From NCBI GenBank assembly GCA_050951365.1, contig JBMNIX010000011.1:8845-72844 (forward strand): a stretch of 64,000 nucleotides of DNA. Direction: 5' to 3'. Both the position numbers and the translations under genes were made by a program. Every line of letters starts with the position of its first letter. The stretch's first letter is position 1. The notes beneath the pieces are model-generated. The model made no database searches. It saw only the letters and a list, made by a program, of their open reading frames with translations, and was not told where the DNA came from. Shown here piece by piece: positions 1 to 8,471 of the stretch. This stretch comes from a bacterium (GTDB lineage: Bacteria > Bacillota > DTU030 > DUMP01).

Positions 1-303
1 GGAGACCAGCCAGGGCCCGCGCCGCCTCATGACCACCGCCGTGCCGGTGAAAGCCGCCGACGGCTCCGTCCTGGCGGTGACGAGCGGGCGGCGCTCCTCG
101 GCGCCCTGGCCCGCTCGGGGGGCAACGTGACGCGCGCCGCCCGGGAGCTCGGCATCGGCCGCACCACGTTCTACGACAAGCTTCGTAAGCATAACTTGAA
201 CCAGAGCCGGGGCCGCTGTTCGGATTCCCGTTCACTGTCCGGATATCCGACAGACGGGCGTACCGATTGCGATCACAACCGGGGATCCGCCGCCCGACCG
301 TAG
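1..303 (+). CDS. sigma-54-dependent transcriptional activator (NtrC/Fis-type enhancer-binding protein), C-terminal end; 5' part lies outside the window
   Basis: Frame +1 is open from base 1 to TAG 301-303. It reads ...ERAALLGALARSGGNVTRAARELGIGRTTFYDKLRKHNL..., the Fis-type HTH that ends enhancer-binding proteins. A -24/-12 promoter follows 44 nt downstream. Confidence 0.7.
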   Translation, partial: GDQPGPAPPHDHRRAGESRRRLRPGGDERAALLGALARSGGNVTRAARELGIGRTTFYDKLRKHNLNQSRGRCSDSRSLSGYPTDGRTDCDHNRGSAARP

Positions 304-346
304 GTACACATCCCTGCCGCACGCGCTTTCCTAAACCGCCCGCCGC

Positions 347-362
347 TGGCACACGGTTTGCT
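347..362 (+). promoter_or_regulatory. sigma-54 (-24/-12) promoter upstream of the AOR gene
   Basis: TGGCAC-acggt-TTGCT at 347-362 matches the TGGCAC-N5-TTGC consensus. It sits about 60 nt upstream of the AOR ATG (425) and directly after an EBP gene. Confidence 0.7.
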
Positions 363-424
363 GTGATGGATATGGGTTGCTGCTGCCGCAGAGCCCAGTA
401 AACGCACGGAAGGAGGAGCAGAGT

Positions 425-2278
425 ATGGGCAACGGGTACTGGGGCAAGGTCTTACGCGTAAACCTGACCGACCGCACCTTTCGGGAAGAACCAGTGGGTG
501 AGGACGTTTGGCGCAGGCTCCTGGGTGGGGCTGGCTACGGGGCCAAGGTGCTGCTCGAGGAGACACCGGCCAAGGTGGACCCGCTGGGACCGGAGAACAA
601 GATCATCTTCGGCATCGGCTGCCTGCAGAGCGTCCCGGCGCCGGGGAGCGCCAAGTGGAGCGTGGTCACCAAGTCACCCTTAACCCGCACGTACCTGGAT
701 TCCGCCGGGGCGGGCACCTAGGCGCCCATCTTCAAGCGCACCGGGTACGACTCGCTCGTCATCGAAGGCAAGGCCAGCGAACCGCTCTACCTCTACATTA
801 CCGACGGCAGGGTGGAGTTCCGCCCCGCCGGGCACCTCTGGGGCAAGACAACCGGCGAAACCACCGGCACCTTAAAGGATGAACTAGGCAAGAACGCCAG
901 TGTGCTCAGTATCGGTCCGGCCGGTGAGCGCCTGGTTCCCATCGCCTGCATCGCCTCCGACGGCATCAGCTTCGCCGGTCGCGGCGGTGCCGGCGCCGTA
1001 ATGGGCTCGAAGAACCTCAAGGCCATCGCCGCCTATGGGACCCAGGAGTGCCCCGTGGCCGACCGCGAAACGGCCTACCGGCTCAGCCGGGAAATGATGA
1101 GGGAACTGGCCGAGCGCGGCGCCGGCTTCAGCGAGAACGGTACACCCGCCGTTATCGTACCGTTTGAGGAGATGGGCGACACCCCCATCAAATACTGGAC
1201 GGGGGACGTGTGGCACGAGGGCGCGCGCCTGCTGGGGACGCCGCACTATAACGAGGTCCTAAACACGAAACCGCTGCACTGTCTGCACTGCCCGGTGGGC
1301 TGCCACCGCCGCGTGCGGGTGGACGGTCCGCCGGAGTTCGCCATGGAGGGTAACGGCCCGGAGTACGAGACCATCGCCATGTTAGGCTCCAACCTCCTCA
1401 TCGACGACTTGGCCCCCGTCACCAAGGCCAACGAGCTCTGCAACATGCTGGGGATCGACACCATCTCGGCCGGCGCCTGGATCGGTTTCCTGATGGAGTG
1501 CTACGAGAAGGGGCTCCTCACCGACGCCGAGCTGGGCGGCCCGGTGCGTTGGGGCGACGGCCACCGGATGGTGGAGCTCGTCGAGCAGATCGCCCGGGGT
1601 GAAGGCGTGAGCCGCTTCTTTAAGGAAGGCATTGTGGGCGCAGCGAAAATGGTCGGGAAAGGCGCCGAAGAGCTCATCGTCCACGTGAAGAACCTGGACT
1701 TCCCCGCCCACGACCCGCGCGCCGTTTTCGGCCTGGGCGTGAACTACGCCACCTGCCCCATCGGCGCCTCCCACGAGCGCGGCGACCCGCAGGCCACCGC
1801 CCTGGGCCTCTGCTACCCCGAGCTCGGCTGGGATGAACCGCCGGAGCGCTTCGACATCGACCGCGCCGCCGAGGTGGCTTACGTCATCACCAATGCCAGC
1901 CTGATGTACAACTCCCTGACGTTCTGTAAGTTCATCGTCAAAGGCGCCGGGATGACCCTTACCGAGCTCATCGACATCTTTAACGCCGTGACGGGCTGGA
2001 ACTGGACCCCGGCCGAGCTGGCCGACGTAGGTAAACGGGTCATTACGGTGCAGCGTCTCGTCAACGTGCGCGACGGCATCGGCCGCAAGGACGACGTGCT
2101 CCCGCCTAAGATGTACATCACGGCCAAGGAAGGCGGCCGCGTGGGCAAGACCCCGGCCACAGAGCACGAGCGCGTCCTCTCCGAGTACTACGCCCGGCGC
2201 GGCTGGGACGAAAACGGCGTGCCCACGCGCGAAACGGTGGAGAAACTGGCGTTGGGCGAGCTCCTTAAGTACGTGTAG
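425..2278 (+). pseudogene. aor: tungsten-type aldehyde:ferredoxin oxidoreductase (AOR family), reading frame interrupted by one in-frame TAG at 719-721
   Basis: ORF-track pieces 377..721 and 812..2278 are in the same frame. Read-through gives a continuous AOR N-domain (MGNGYWGKVLRVNLTDR...KSPLTRTYLDSAGAGT*APIFKRTGYDSLVIEGKASEPLYLYI...) followed by the catalytic domains. RBS GGAAGGAGG precedes ATG 425. Confidence 0.85.
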
Positions 2279-2341
2279 CAGGTAAGGGGCGCGCTGCGGC
2301 GCGCCCCTGGCGCGGACAGTGCCCCGCAGGGAGTGAAGAGT

Positions 2342-2575
2342 ATGCAAGTTAGGGTTAAGCCTGTTTCTTACTTAAAAAAATACCTGCCGGAAGGCGAAAA
2401 GGTTATGGTCAAGGAGCTGACCGCACCGGTTACGGTGGCCGAACTGCTCGCGCTCTGCGGCTTTCCGGAAGAACTCCAGCCCCTCGTTACAGTGAACGGC
2501 CACCGCAAAAAGCTGGACTACCGGGTGGCTGATGGCGACGAGATCCTCATCGCGCCGCCGGCAGCCGGCGGTTGA
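2342..2575 (+). CDS. MoaD/ThiS-family ubiquitin-like sulfur-carrier protein (C-terminal Gly-Gly)
   Basis: 77 aa ending ...DGDEILIAPPAAGG-stop. Size and the GG terminus are typical of MoaD/ThiS. RBS GGGAGTGA lies before ATG 2342, immediately downstream of AOR. Confidence 0.7.
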   Translation: MQVRVKPVSYLKKYLPEGEKVMVKELTAPVTVAELLALCGFPEELQPLVTVNGHRKKLDYRVADGDEILIAPPAAGG

Positions 2576-2674
2576 AGGGGTAGTGCGCGGGGAAAGAAGG
2601 CGGTGCCGTGGAAGTCGCCGCCCAGCGCGTCACACTGCCCCCGGCTCATTCCACCTGCCGTATCTGGGCGGGGC

Positions 2675-3631
2675 TCAAGCGAGGTCCCGCGCCGCCGGGA
2701 TGCCGGCCACGCCTTCGGCCGCCTGCACCGCCCGCAGGACGGCCTGGGCCGTCGCCTGCGCTGCGAGGGCGCCCACCTGATTGACATCGGCCTCCACCCG
2801 GCCGGTGGCCAAGCTGAAGATGGTGTCCCCGTCGAGCATGGTGTGCACCGGCCGGATGGCCCGGGCGTAACCGTCGTGGGCCATCTGGGCCACCTTGCCG
2901 GCCTGAGCCTTAGTGAGGCGCGCGTTGGTGGCCACGACGCCCAGGGTAGTATTACCCATGGCTCCAGTTGGGACGAAAGAAGTCTTGCGCAAGAACTCCT
3001 CGGCGTCTAGAAAGCCGCCTTTGTCTTCACTCAGGGTTCCGGCAACAATTCGTCCCGTGGCAGGATCTACCACATCACCCAGAGCGTTTACTGCCACCAA
3101 AGCACCCACCACCAGGTCTCCAACCTTCAGGCTGGCCGTACCGACGCCGCTTTTCATAGCCCGTTCGTGTCCCAGAAGCTTTCCTACCGTGGCACCACAA
3201 CCTGCCCCTACGTTCCCTTCTTCTACCGGCCCTGCCATCGCCTGCGCCGCAGCCTGGTAGCCCATGCTTCGATCGGGACGCACCCGGGGATCACCGATAC
3301 CCAGGTCAAACAGGCAAGCCGCAGCTACAATGGGCACGCGCGTAACACCCACATCAAAGCCATAGCCGTGTTCTTCCAGATAGGCCATTACCCCGCTTGC
3401 CGCGTCCAGGCCAAAGGCACTGCCCCCTGCCAGAACCACGGCGTGAGCCTTATCCACCAAGTTTGCAGGAGCCAAGGCATCCGTCTCTCTTGTGGCCGGG
3501 GCACTGCCCCGTACATCTACCCCGGCCACGGCACCCTCCGGGCACAGTATAGCAGTACACCCGGTGAGAGCTTCAGTGTTACTGACCTGGCCCACCCTAA
3601 TTCCGGGCACATCGGTAATGGCATCATACAT
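2675..3631 (-). CDS. P1/S58 (DmpA-like) aminopeptidase family protein
   Basis: The N-terminus MYDAITDVPGIRVGQVSNTEALTGCTAILCPEGAVAGVDVRGSAPATRETD... and the later GNTTLGVVATNA motif are characteristic of the DmpA/peptidase S58 family. Confidence 0.75.
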   Translation of the reverse strand: MYDAITDVPGIRVGQVSNTEALTGCTAILCPEGAVAGVDVRGSAPATRETDALAPANLVDKAHAVVLAGGSAFGLDAASGVMAYLEEHGYGFDVGVTRVPIVAAACLFDLGIGDPRVRPDRSMGYQAAAQAMAGPVEEGNVGAGCGATVGKLLGHERAMKSGVGTASLKVGDLVVGALVAVNALGDVVDPATGRIVAGTLSEDKGGFLDAEEFLRKTSFVPTGAMGNTTLGVVATNARLTKAQAGKVAQMAHDGYARAIRPVHTMLDGDTIFSLATGRVEADVNQVGALAAQATAQAVLRAVQAAEGVAGIPAARDLA

Positions 3632-3661
3632 CGCCAGCCCAACTCCTTTGCCCCATCTTCA

Positions 3662-5275
3662 TCACGCTCCGGTAAACACACGAGCGAGAGCAATGATAAC
3701 CCCTGTAACTCCCTCACCGCCTAAAAAGCCCGAGGAGACAAGCTGCCCCCGCTCACTTATCTGCGGCCAGTGCCTGTCCACCAGCCAGCGGCACAGTCCG
3801 CCTACGGCTGCAGCGGCAGAAATATACATGGGCAGATAAATCCCAATACCGATAGTCATGCCGGGGATGCCCAAGTAGTACAGCACAACACCCAGAGCAA
3901 AGCCTACCGCAAAAGCAGGAGCATGGGGTAAACCGCTCACCATAGTGGAGACGGCATATGCCTGGGGAGCAACCAGCTCGGTTCCAGGCCCCATAGCCCC
4001 AAAAGCACGGTGCATAACAAAGATCACAATCACAGAGACTGCTGCGCCTACAACACCACCAATCAGCTCGGCATAAACCTGGGCTCGCGGCATCGTGCCC
4101 AGCATGTAACCCGCCTTAAAATCCTGTAGATTATCCCCTGCTATTCCACAGGCCACCGCCACCACTGCCGCCACAAAGAAGGCGGCAGTGGTACCCGGCG
4201 TCACAACAAGCTTCACGGCTAGGAGCACCAAAATACCGAAAACCTCCATGGGGTCAATTCCTGTCTGGCCATCCAGAGTTGCGGCCATGGCAGTGGTTAT
4301 CCAAACACCCAGTATGGTAACAATGCTGGCCACGACTCCCATACCCGCAATGACAGTTAGACATACGGCTATTGCCGCCATAACGAACGGAGCCCAGCGC
4401 AGGTTTATATCACCGCGGCCGCCGAGCATAGGGCTAAAAACCTCGCGGGCTTTGGGCAAAACCCCCTTCAGAAGCACTCCCACCCCCGCCCCGACAATGA
4501 GGCCAATGCCAAAACTGTCTTTGATTGCTGTAGCTGTCTCCAGGCTGAGATAACCACCATTTACAGTCAAGGGAATGAATAGAAGATAACTGAGTACGGC
4601 ACCTAAGAACCAGGTTCCCATAAAAAGAGGGCCAATAAGGTACCCAATACCTGCCGCCATGGGTGACACCCAGACTCCGAACTGGATATTGCGCTGCCAG
4701 AGTGCTGCCGGCATCAAGGCGGCCGGAATCTTGCCCCATTGATCCCGCAGGGCAGTGATTACAGCGGCCACACCCAGGGAACCGAAGAGCCACTTGGCCT
4801 TTTGCCCGCCCTCATCACCAGCCAAGACGGTTTCCGCAGCCGCAATACCCATGGGAAAGGGAAGCTGCTCTACTTCAATGAAGTGGCGGCGCATGGCAGC
4901 CACAAAAATCACACCTAAGATGGTGCCACTCAGGGTCACAGCGAGCAAAGGCCAAAAACCTACCACCGCCTCAGGATCCAGCATCCAAATTCCTGGAACG
5001 GTGAAGGCAACACCGCCCGCCACCATGGCTCCAGCGGACATGGCTGTGTGGGCAACGTTTATCTCATTGAGATTCGTACGTCCACAAGCCTTAAGTACAG
5101 TAAGGGATAAGATAGCCACAAAGATCGTCGGCCAAGGCAGTGCCCCCATGCGCAAGGCCACATACATAGAACTGGTAGTTATGATTATCGATCCTATGAT
5201 ACCAAGTACGATCGCCCGGAGGGTAAATTGCTCCTCAAAGGACGAAGCATACCCCACTCGGTTCTGTTCCTCCAT
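3662..5275 (-). CDS. OPT-family oligopeptide transporter
   Basis: 537-aa polytopic membrane protein. The N-terminus ...EEQFTLRAIVLGIIGSIIITTSSMYVALRMGALPWPTIF... resembles bacterial OPT transporters. It lies 30 nt upstream of the DmpA-like peptidase gene on the same strand. Confidence 0.7.
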   Translation of the reverse strand: MEEQNRVGYASSFEEQFTLRAIVLGIIGSIIITTSSMYVALRMGALPWPTIFVAILSLTVLKACGRTNLNEINVAHTAMSAGAMVAGGVAFTVPGIWMLDPEAVVGFWPLLAVTLSGTILGVIFVAAMRRHFIEVEQLPFPMGIAAAETVLAGDEGGQKAKWLFGSLGVAAVITALRDQWGKIPAALMPAALWQRNIQFGVWVSPMAAGIGYLIGPLFMGTWFLGAVLSYLLFIPLTVNGGYLSLETATAIKDSFGIGLIVGAGVGVLLKGVLPKAREVFSPMLGGRGDINLRWAPFVMAAIAVCLTVIAGMGVVASIVTILGVWITTAMAATLDGQTGIDPMEVFGILVLLAVKLVVTPGTTAAFFVAAVVAVACGIAGDNLQDFKAGYMLGTMPRAQVYAELIGGVVGAAVSVIVIFVMHRAFGAMGPGTELVAPQAYAVSTMVSGLPHAPAFAVGFALGVVLYYLGIPGMTIGIGIYLPMYISAAAAVGGLCRWLVDRHWPQISERGQLVSSGFLGGEGVTGVIIALARVFTGA

Positions 5276-5347
5276 CTTGTTGTCCTCCCTTCTACTAGAG
5301 CGAAAACCCAGCCTTGACAGCGCAACTGGGAACGCAAAACTTAGAAG

Positions 5348-6757
5348 TTAGAAACTCTGCGTTATAATAAAGTCTATCAGTTTTTCAGTTTCCCGCCAGG
5401 TAAAACCTGGAATACTTGGCGATAATCCGGACTGCCGCGCAGCAGCAACGTCACCAAATACAGCCACGAGCCTTCCCGTCATACGGGTAATAGGTTCGGA
5501 AACGCCACGACGAAAAACGGCAATCTTGGGAAAGGGACCGCTCTTCAGTCCCTCCAGCAAGACAATATCTAGCGGACCGAACCAGTCTCGTAGCCGCTCG
5601 ACTGCAGCTTCCGCCCCAAGCTCATAAAACAAGGTGGCCCGCTTGGGCGTGAGCAGAGCTGCCGCTTCGGCCCCCGCCTGAGCAAAGCGCCAGGTGTCTT
5701 TGCCAGCAGTATCCGTCTCAACATCTTCGTGAGTGTGTTTCACAGCAGCTACCTTCACCCCGCGGCGAACTAGCCCTTGAATTAGCTCCATAAGGAGGGT
5801 GGTTTTCCCACTACCCGAGGTACCTACAAAGCTGATAACGGTCGGGGAGGGCCGCTGCGCCGCCGCCCCGTCATTAGCTGTCTTACCTGTCTGGCCTAGC
5901 GGCAGGGAATGCATCTGGCCACTGGCAGAGTCTATATAGAAAAGGCGGCACCGTAAGGGTTCTCCCACCCCAGTCAAGATCTTGATCACCTCCTGTACCT
6001 CTAAGGAGGCAACTAAGGCGGCAGTAGCAGCCAGGTTGCCTGTTTCCACCTCAATGCCACGCTCGCGGCCGGTGACGGAACCATAAATCTCTGCCAGCCC
6101 TGGATCACCAGGAAAAATGGTTAGTACTTGACCTAGGAAACCAGCAATTGCACCATGTACAAGGGGAATGTTTGATGCCCGTGCTGCTGCTTCTAAAGCA
6201 AAACGGGCGGGCAGGTTATCTAAGGCATCTACCACAAGGTCTGCACCCTGCAGCAAGGCTCTGGCGTTCTCAGGAGTCAACCGTTCCTGGAAGTAGGTCA
6301 CCTCTGTGGCCGGATTAATGGCCCAGACCCGTTCTCGTGCTACCTCTACCTTAGGCCGGCCCAGGTCCGCCTCCCGGGCAAGTATCTGCCGGTTAAGATT
6401 ATTGTCGCTGAAAACGTCGTTATCTATCAGGATGAGTCTCCCCACTCCCATGCGAGCCAGAAGCTCCACCACAAGCCCACCCAACCCACCGCAGCCTACC
6501 ACCGCCACCGTTGCACGAACCAGACACAGCTGCCCCTCTTTGCCAATAGTACCGATATTCCTCAGGTAGCGGCCAGGTACTATGCCCCCTTCTAAGGCAA
6601 TAAGTTCTACCTCCCTCCGAGATACGTCACAAGTACGCGCAATCTCGCCACAGGCTGTGAGCGAGAGAACCCGCTCTGTCTTCTTGCCCACCTGCGCCGG
6701 TTCCGCCGCCTCCTGAACCATATTCTTGATGGCTTGAGCCTTGGCCGCCGCATCCAT
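5348..6757 (-). CDS. ThiF/MoeB-type E1-like adenylyltransferase fused to a C-terminal MobB-like P-loop domain
   Basis: The Rossmann motif VAVVGCGGLGGLVVELLARMGVGRLILIDND and NLNRQ are ThiF/MoeB hallmarks. The C-terminal VISFVGTSGSGKTTLLMELIQGLVRRGVKVAAVKHTHED matches the MobB Walker A region. ATG 6757 has RBS AAGGAAGGTGA; the TTG at 6790 is a less likely start. Confidence 0.75.
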   Translation of the reverse strand: MDAAAKAQAIKNMVQEAAEPAQVGKKTERVLSLTACGEIARTCDVSRREVELIALEGGIVPGRYLRNIGTIGKEGQLCLVRATVAVVGCGGLGGLVVELLARMGVGRLILIDNDVFSDNNLNRQILAREADLGRPKVEVARERVWAINPATEVTYFQERLTPENARALLQGADLVVDALDNLPARFALEAAARASNIPLVHGAIAGFLGQVLTIFPGDPGLAEIYGSVTGRERGIEVETGNLAATAALVASLEVQEVIKILTGVGEPLRCRLFYIDSASGQMHSLPLGQTGKTANDGAAAQRPSPTVISFVGTSGSGKTTLLMELIQGLVRRGVKVAAVKHTHEDVETDTAGKDTWRFAQAGAEAAALLTPKRATLFYELGAEAAVERLRDWFGPLDIVLLEGLKSGPFPKIAVFRRGVSEPITRMTGRLVAVFGDVAAARQSGLSPSIPGFTWRETEKLIDFIITQSF

Positions 6758-6998
6758 TTTATTCACCTTCCTTGCTTCGTTTTTCGCCAACTACCCAGGT
6801 AAACCCTGCTAACCAAGAACACACTTTACTAGAACTTTTGTTCCCTTTATGAACTTTATGTACTTAATGCCCCAGCTGCCTGATAGGGCAGGTATTTCTC
6901 ACCTGAATGTAGAACTTAATATATATTATGGTCACACAATTCACTCTTATAGTACAAGGGGCCCTTTAGTTAATTTCTAGACGGGGAGGACGAGGTAT

Positions 6999-7721
6999 AT
7001 GCAAGTCAAGGAGGAACTCTGTGTCGGTTGCGGCCGCTGTGTGCTCTACTGTCCGGTTCAGGCTATCAGTCTCAGCGCAGACAGGAAACTGGCCGTTATT
7101 GACCAGGATGAGTGTGTCGAGTGCGGCGCCTGCCTCAGGAGTCCTGCATGCAAGACTGGTGCCCTTTATCAGCCAGAGCTAACCTGGCCCCGTGCTGTCC
7201 GCAGTCTTTTGAGCGATCCCCTTACTATCGCTCCTGAAAGCGGCATTAGCGGTCGCGGTACGGAAGAAATGAAGACCAACGATGTTACTGCGCGCTTCAA
7301 GCGCGGCTATGCTGGAGTAGCCGTGGAGGTGGGTCGGCCCCTCCTGGGCGCGCGCCTTAGGGATGTAGAAAAAGTGGCACAAGCCATCGCACGTTTTGGT
7401 GTTGAATTTGAAAAGATTAACCCCACCACCAGCCTTATGGCAGATCCCAAGACAGGCAAGTTCAAGGACGATCTCCTAGACGAAAAGGTGCTCTCGGCCA
7501 TTATTGAGTTTGCAGTGCCTATCGAGAAGCTACCTGACGTTCTTTACACTCTGGAACGAGTCTCCCACGAGATAGACACCATCTTTACTGTGGATGTATG
7601 CTCGCGCTGCAATCCAGACGGCTCCATTCCCCATGAGGAACTCCTGGCCCGCGGTAACTGGTGGTATTCCATTAACGTCAAGACCAACGTGGGCTTGGGC
7701 CGACCCCTAGCAGCAGAGTAG
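6999..7721 (+). CDS. 2x[4Fe-4S] ferredoxin domain fused to an uncharacterised ~170-aa domain (module copy 1, subunit A)
   Basis: Cys motifs CVGCGRCVLYCP and CVECGACLRSPAC, followed by a conserved domain (GRGTEEMKTNDVT, FGVEFE, KVLSAIIEF, KTNVGLGRP). A paralog lies at 24717..25427. RBS GGGGAGGACGAGG precedes the ATG. Confidence 0.8.
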   Translation: MQVKEELCVGCGRCVLYCPVQAISLSADRKLAVIDQDECVECGACLRSPACKTGALYQPELTWPRAVRSLLSDPLTIAPESGISGRGTEEMKTNDVTARFKRGYAGVAVEVGRPLLGARLRDVEKVAQAIARFGVEFEKINPTTSLMADPKTGKFKDDLLDEKVLSAIIEFAVPIEKLPDVLYTLERVSHEIDTIFTVDVCSRCNPDGSIPHEELLARGNWWYSINVKTNVGLGRPLAAE

Positions 7722-7754
7722 CAGGGAAATAAGCTAGGCTGAGGAGGTAACGAA

Positions 7755-8384
7755 ATGACACATACGCTGCACCGCATCGGCAGCTATAACGACTTGACCG
7801 AGGATTACGTGTTTCTCATGATGCCGTCCAAAGGGATCAACGTAGAAGGATCCGGTGAAAAACTGCGCACCTTTTTGGAAATGGCCTTGAGGCATAATCC
7901 GGTCATTATCGGTGACGCCCGCAAAGGCAACGCCTACCACCAGGGTGGCATTGACAACCTGCTGGCCAATATTGAAGATCAAGCAGTAGTGCAAGCGGTG
8001 TTTGACAATAAGGAAACGGTTGTTACCCTACTTAAAGAACTGAAAGAAGCTGACCTGGGCATGTCAGTGGTGGTTTCTGGCATCGCCACTGAGGTGCACG
8101 AGGCATGTAGGCAGGCGGGATTGGAGCGCCACACCGTAGAACACTCCCTGGGCCGCTGGGGCCGCACCGACAAACTACCGCCGCGGCAAATTCTGGAAAT
8201 AACCAACATGTGTGGACACTCCATGGTCCCGGCCCAACTGGTCTACAACATGCTGGCTGACATAAGAACAGGGCGCAGAACAGCCGAAAATGCGGCAGGA
8301 GAGCTGGCTAAGCCCTGTATGTGCGGTATCTTTAATACAAAACGGGCAGCCCGGCTCTTGGCTGCACTGGCAGAAGCTTTCTAG
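7755..8384 (+). CDS. uncharacterised Cys-containing protein, N-terminus MTHTLHR (module copy 1, subunit B)
   Basis: 209 aa, 33 nt after subunit A, with RBS GAGGAGG. Blocks shared with paralog 25440..26063: MTHTLHR, GSGEKL, HNPV.IGD, VVSG, EIT.MCGH, GRRTAE.A..ELA..C.CGIFN.KRA. I recognise no characterised family. Confidence 0.8.
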   Translation: MTHTLHRIGSYNDLTEDYVFLMMPSKGINVEGSGEKLRTFLEMALRHNPVIIGDARKGNAYHQGGIDNLLANIEDQAVVQAVFDNKETVVTLLKELKEADLGMSVVVSGIATEVHEACRQAGLERHTVEHSLGRWGRTDKLPPRQILEITNMCGHSMVPAQLVYNMLADIRTGRRTAENAAGELAKPCMCGIFNTKRAARLLAALAEAF

Positions 8385-8471
8385 AATAGGAACCTAACCA
8401 GAAAGAAGGTGGGAGTAACTAAGAAATCATTTTGCACCAGAAAAAGAAAGATAGATAGGAGGGGCATTCAC

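Noticed and set aside
719-721. Pyrrolysine (UAG) decoding as the explanation for the in-frame TAG in the AOR gene
   Set aside because: TAG is used as an ordinary stop by many genes in this window, for example AOR itself at 2276-2278 and those ending at 7721, 8384, 9464, 11546 and 12446. AOR is not a known Pyl protein, and no pyl genes are visible. A nonsense mutation or an error is far more likely.
2285-2308. GC-rich hairpin (AGGGGCGCGC-tgcg-GCGCGCCCCT) between the AOR and moaD-like genes as a terminator
   Set aside because: No U-tract follows it, and the moaD-like gene has its own RBS 30 nt downstream. It is more likely an intercistronic stabilising stem-loop, so it is not listed as a terminator.
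1382-2347. 321-aa minus-strand ORF antisense to the AOR gene. Similar long antisense ORFs occur at 2603..3010, 10226..10798, 13898..14425, 47183..47827 and 48262..49083.
   Set aside because: These ORFs lie entirely inside well-supported genes on the opposite strand. They are Arg/Ala/Gly/Pro-rich, as expected for antisense frames of GC-rich coding DNA, and they lack ribosome-binding sites.
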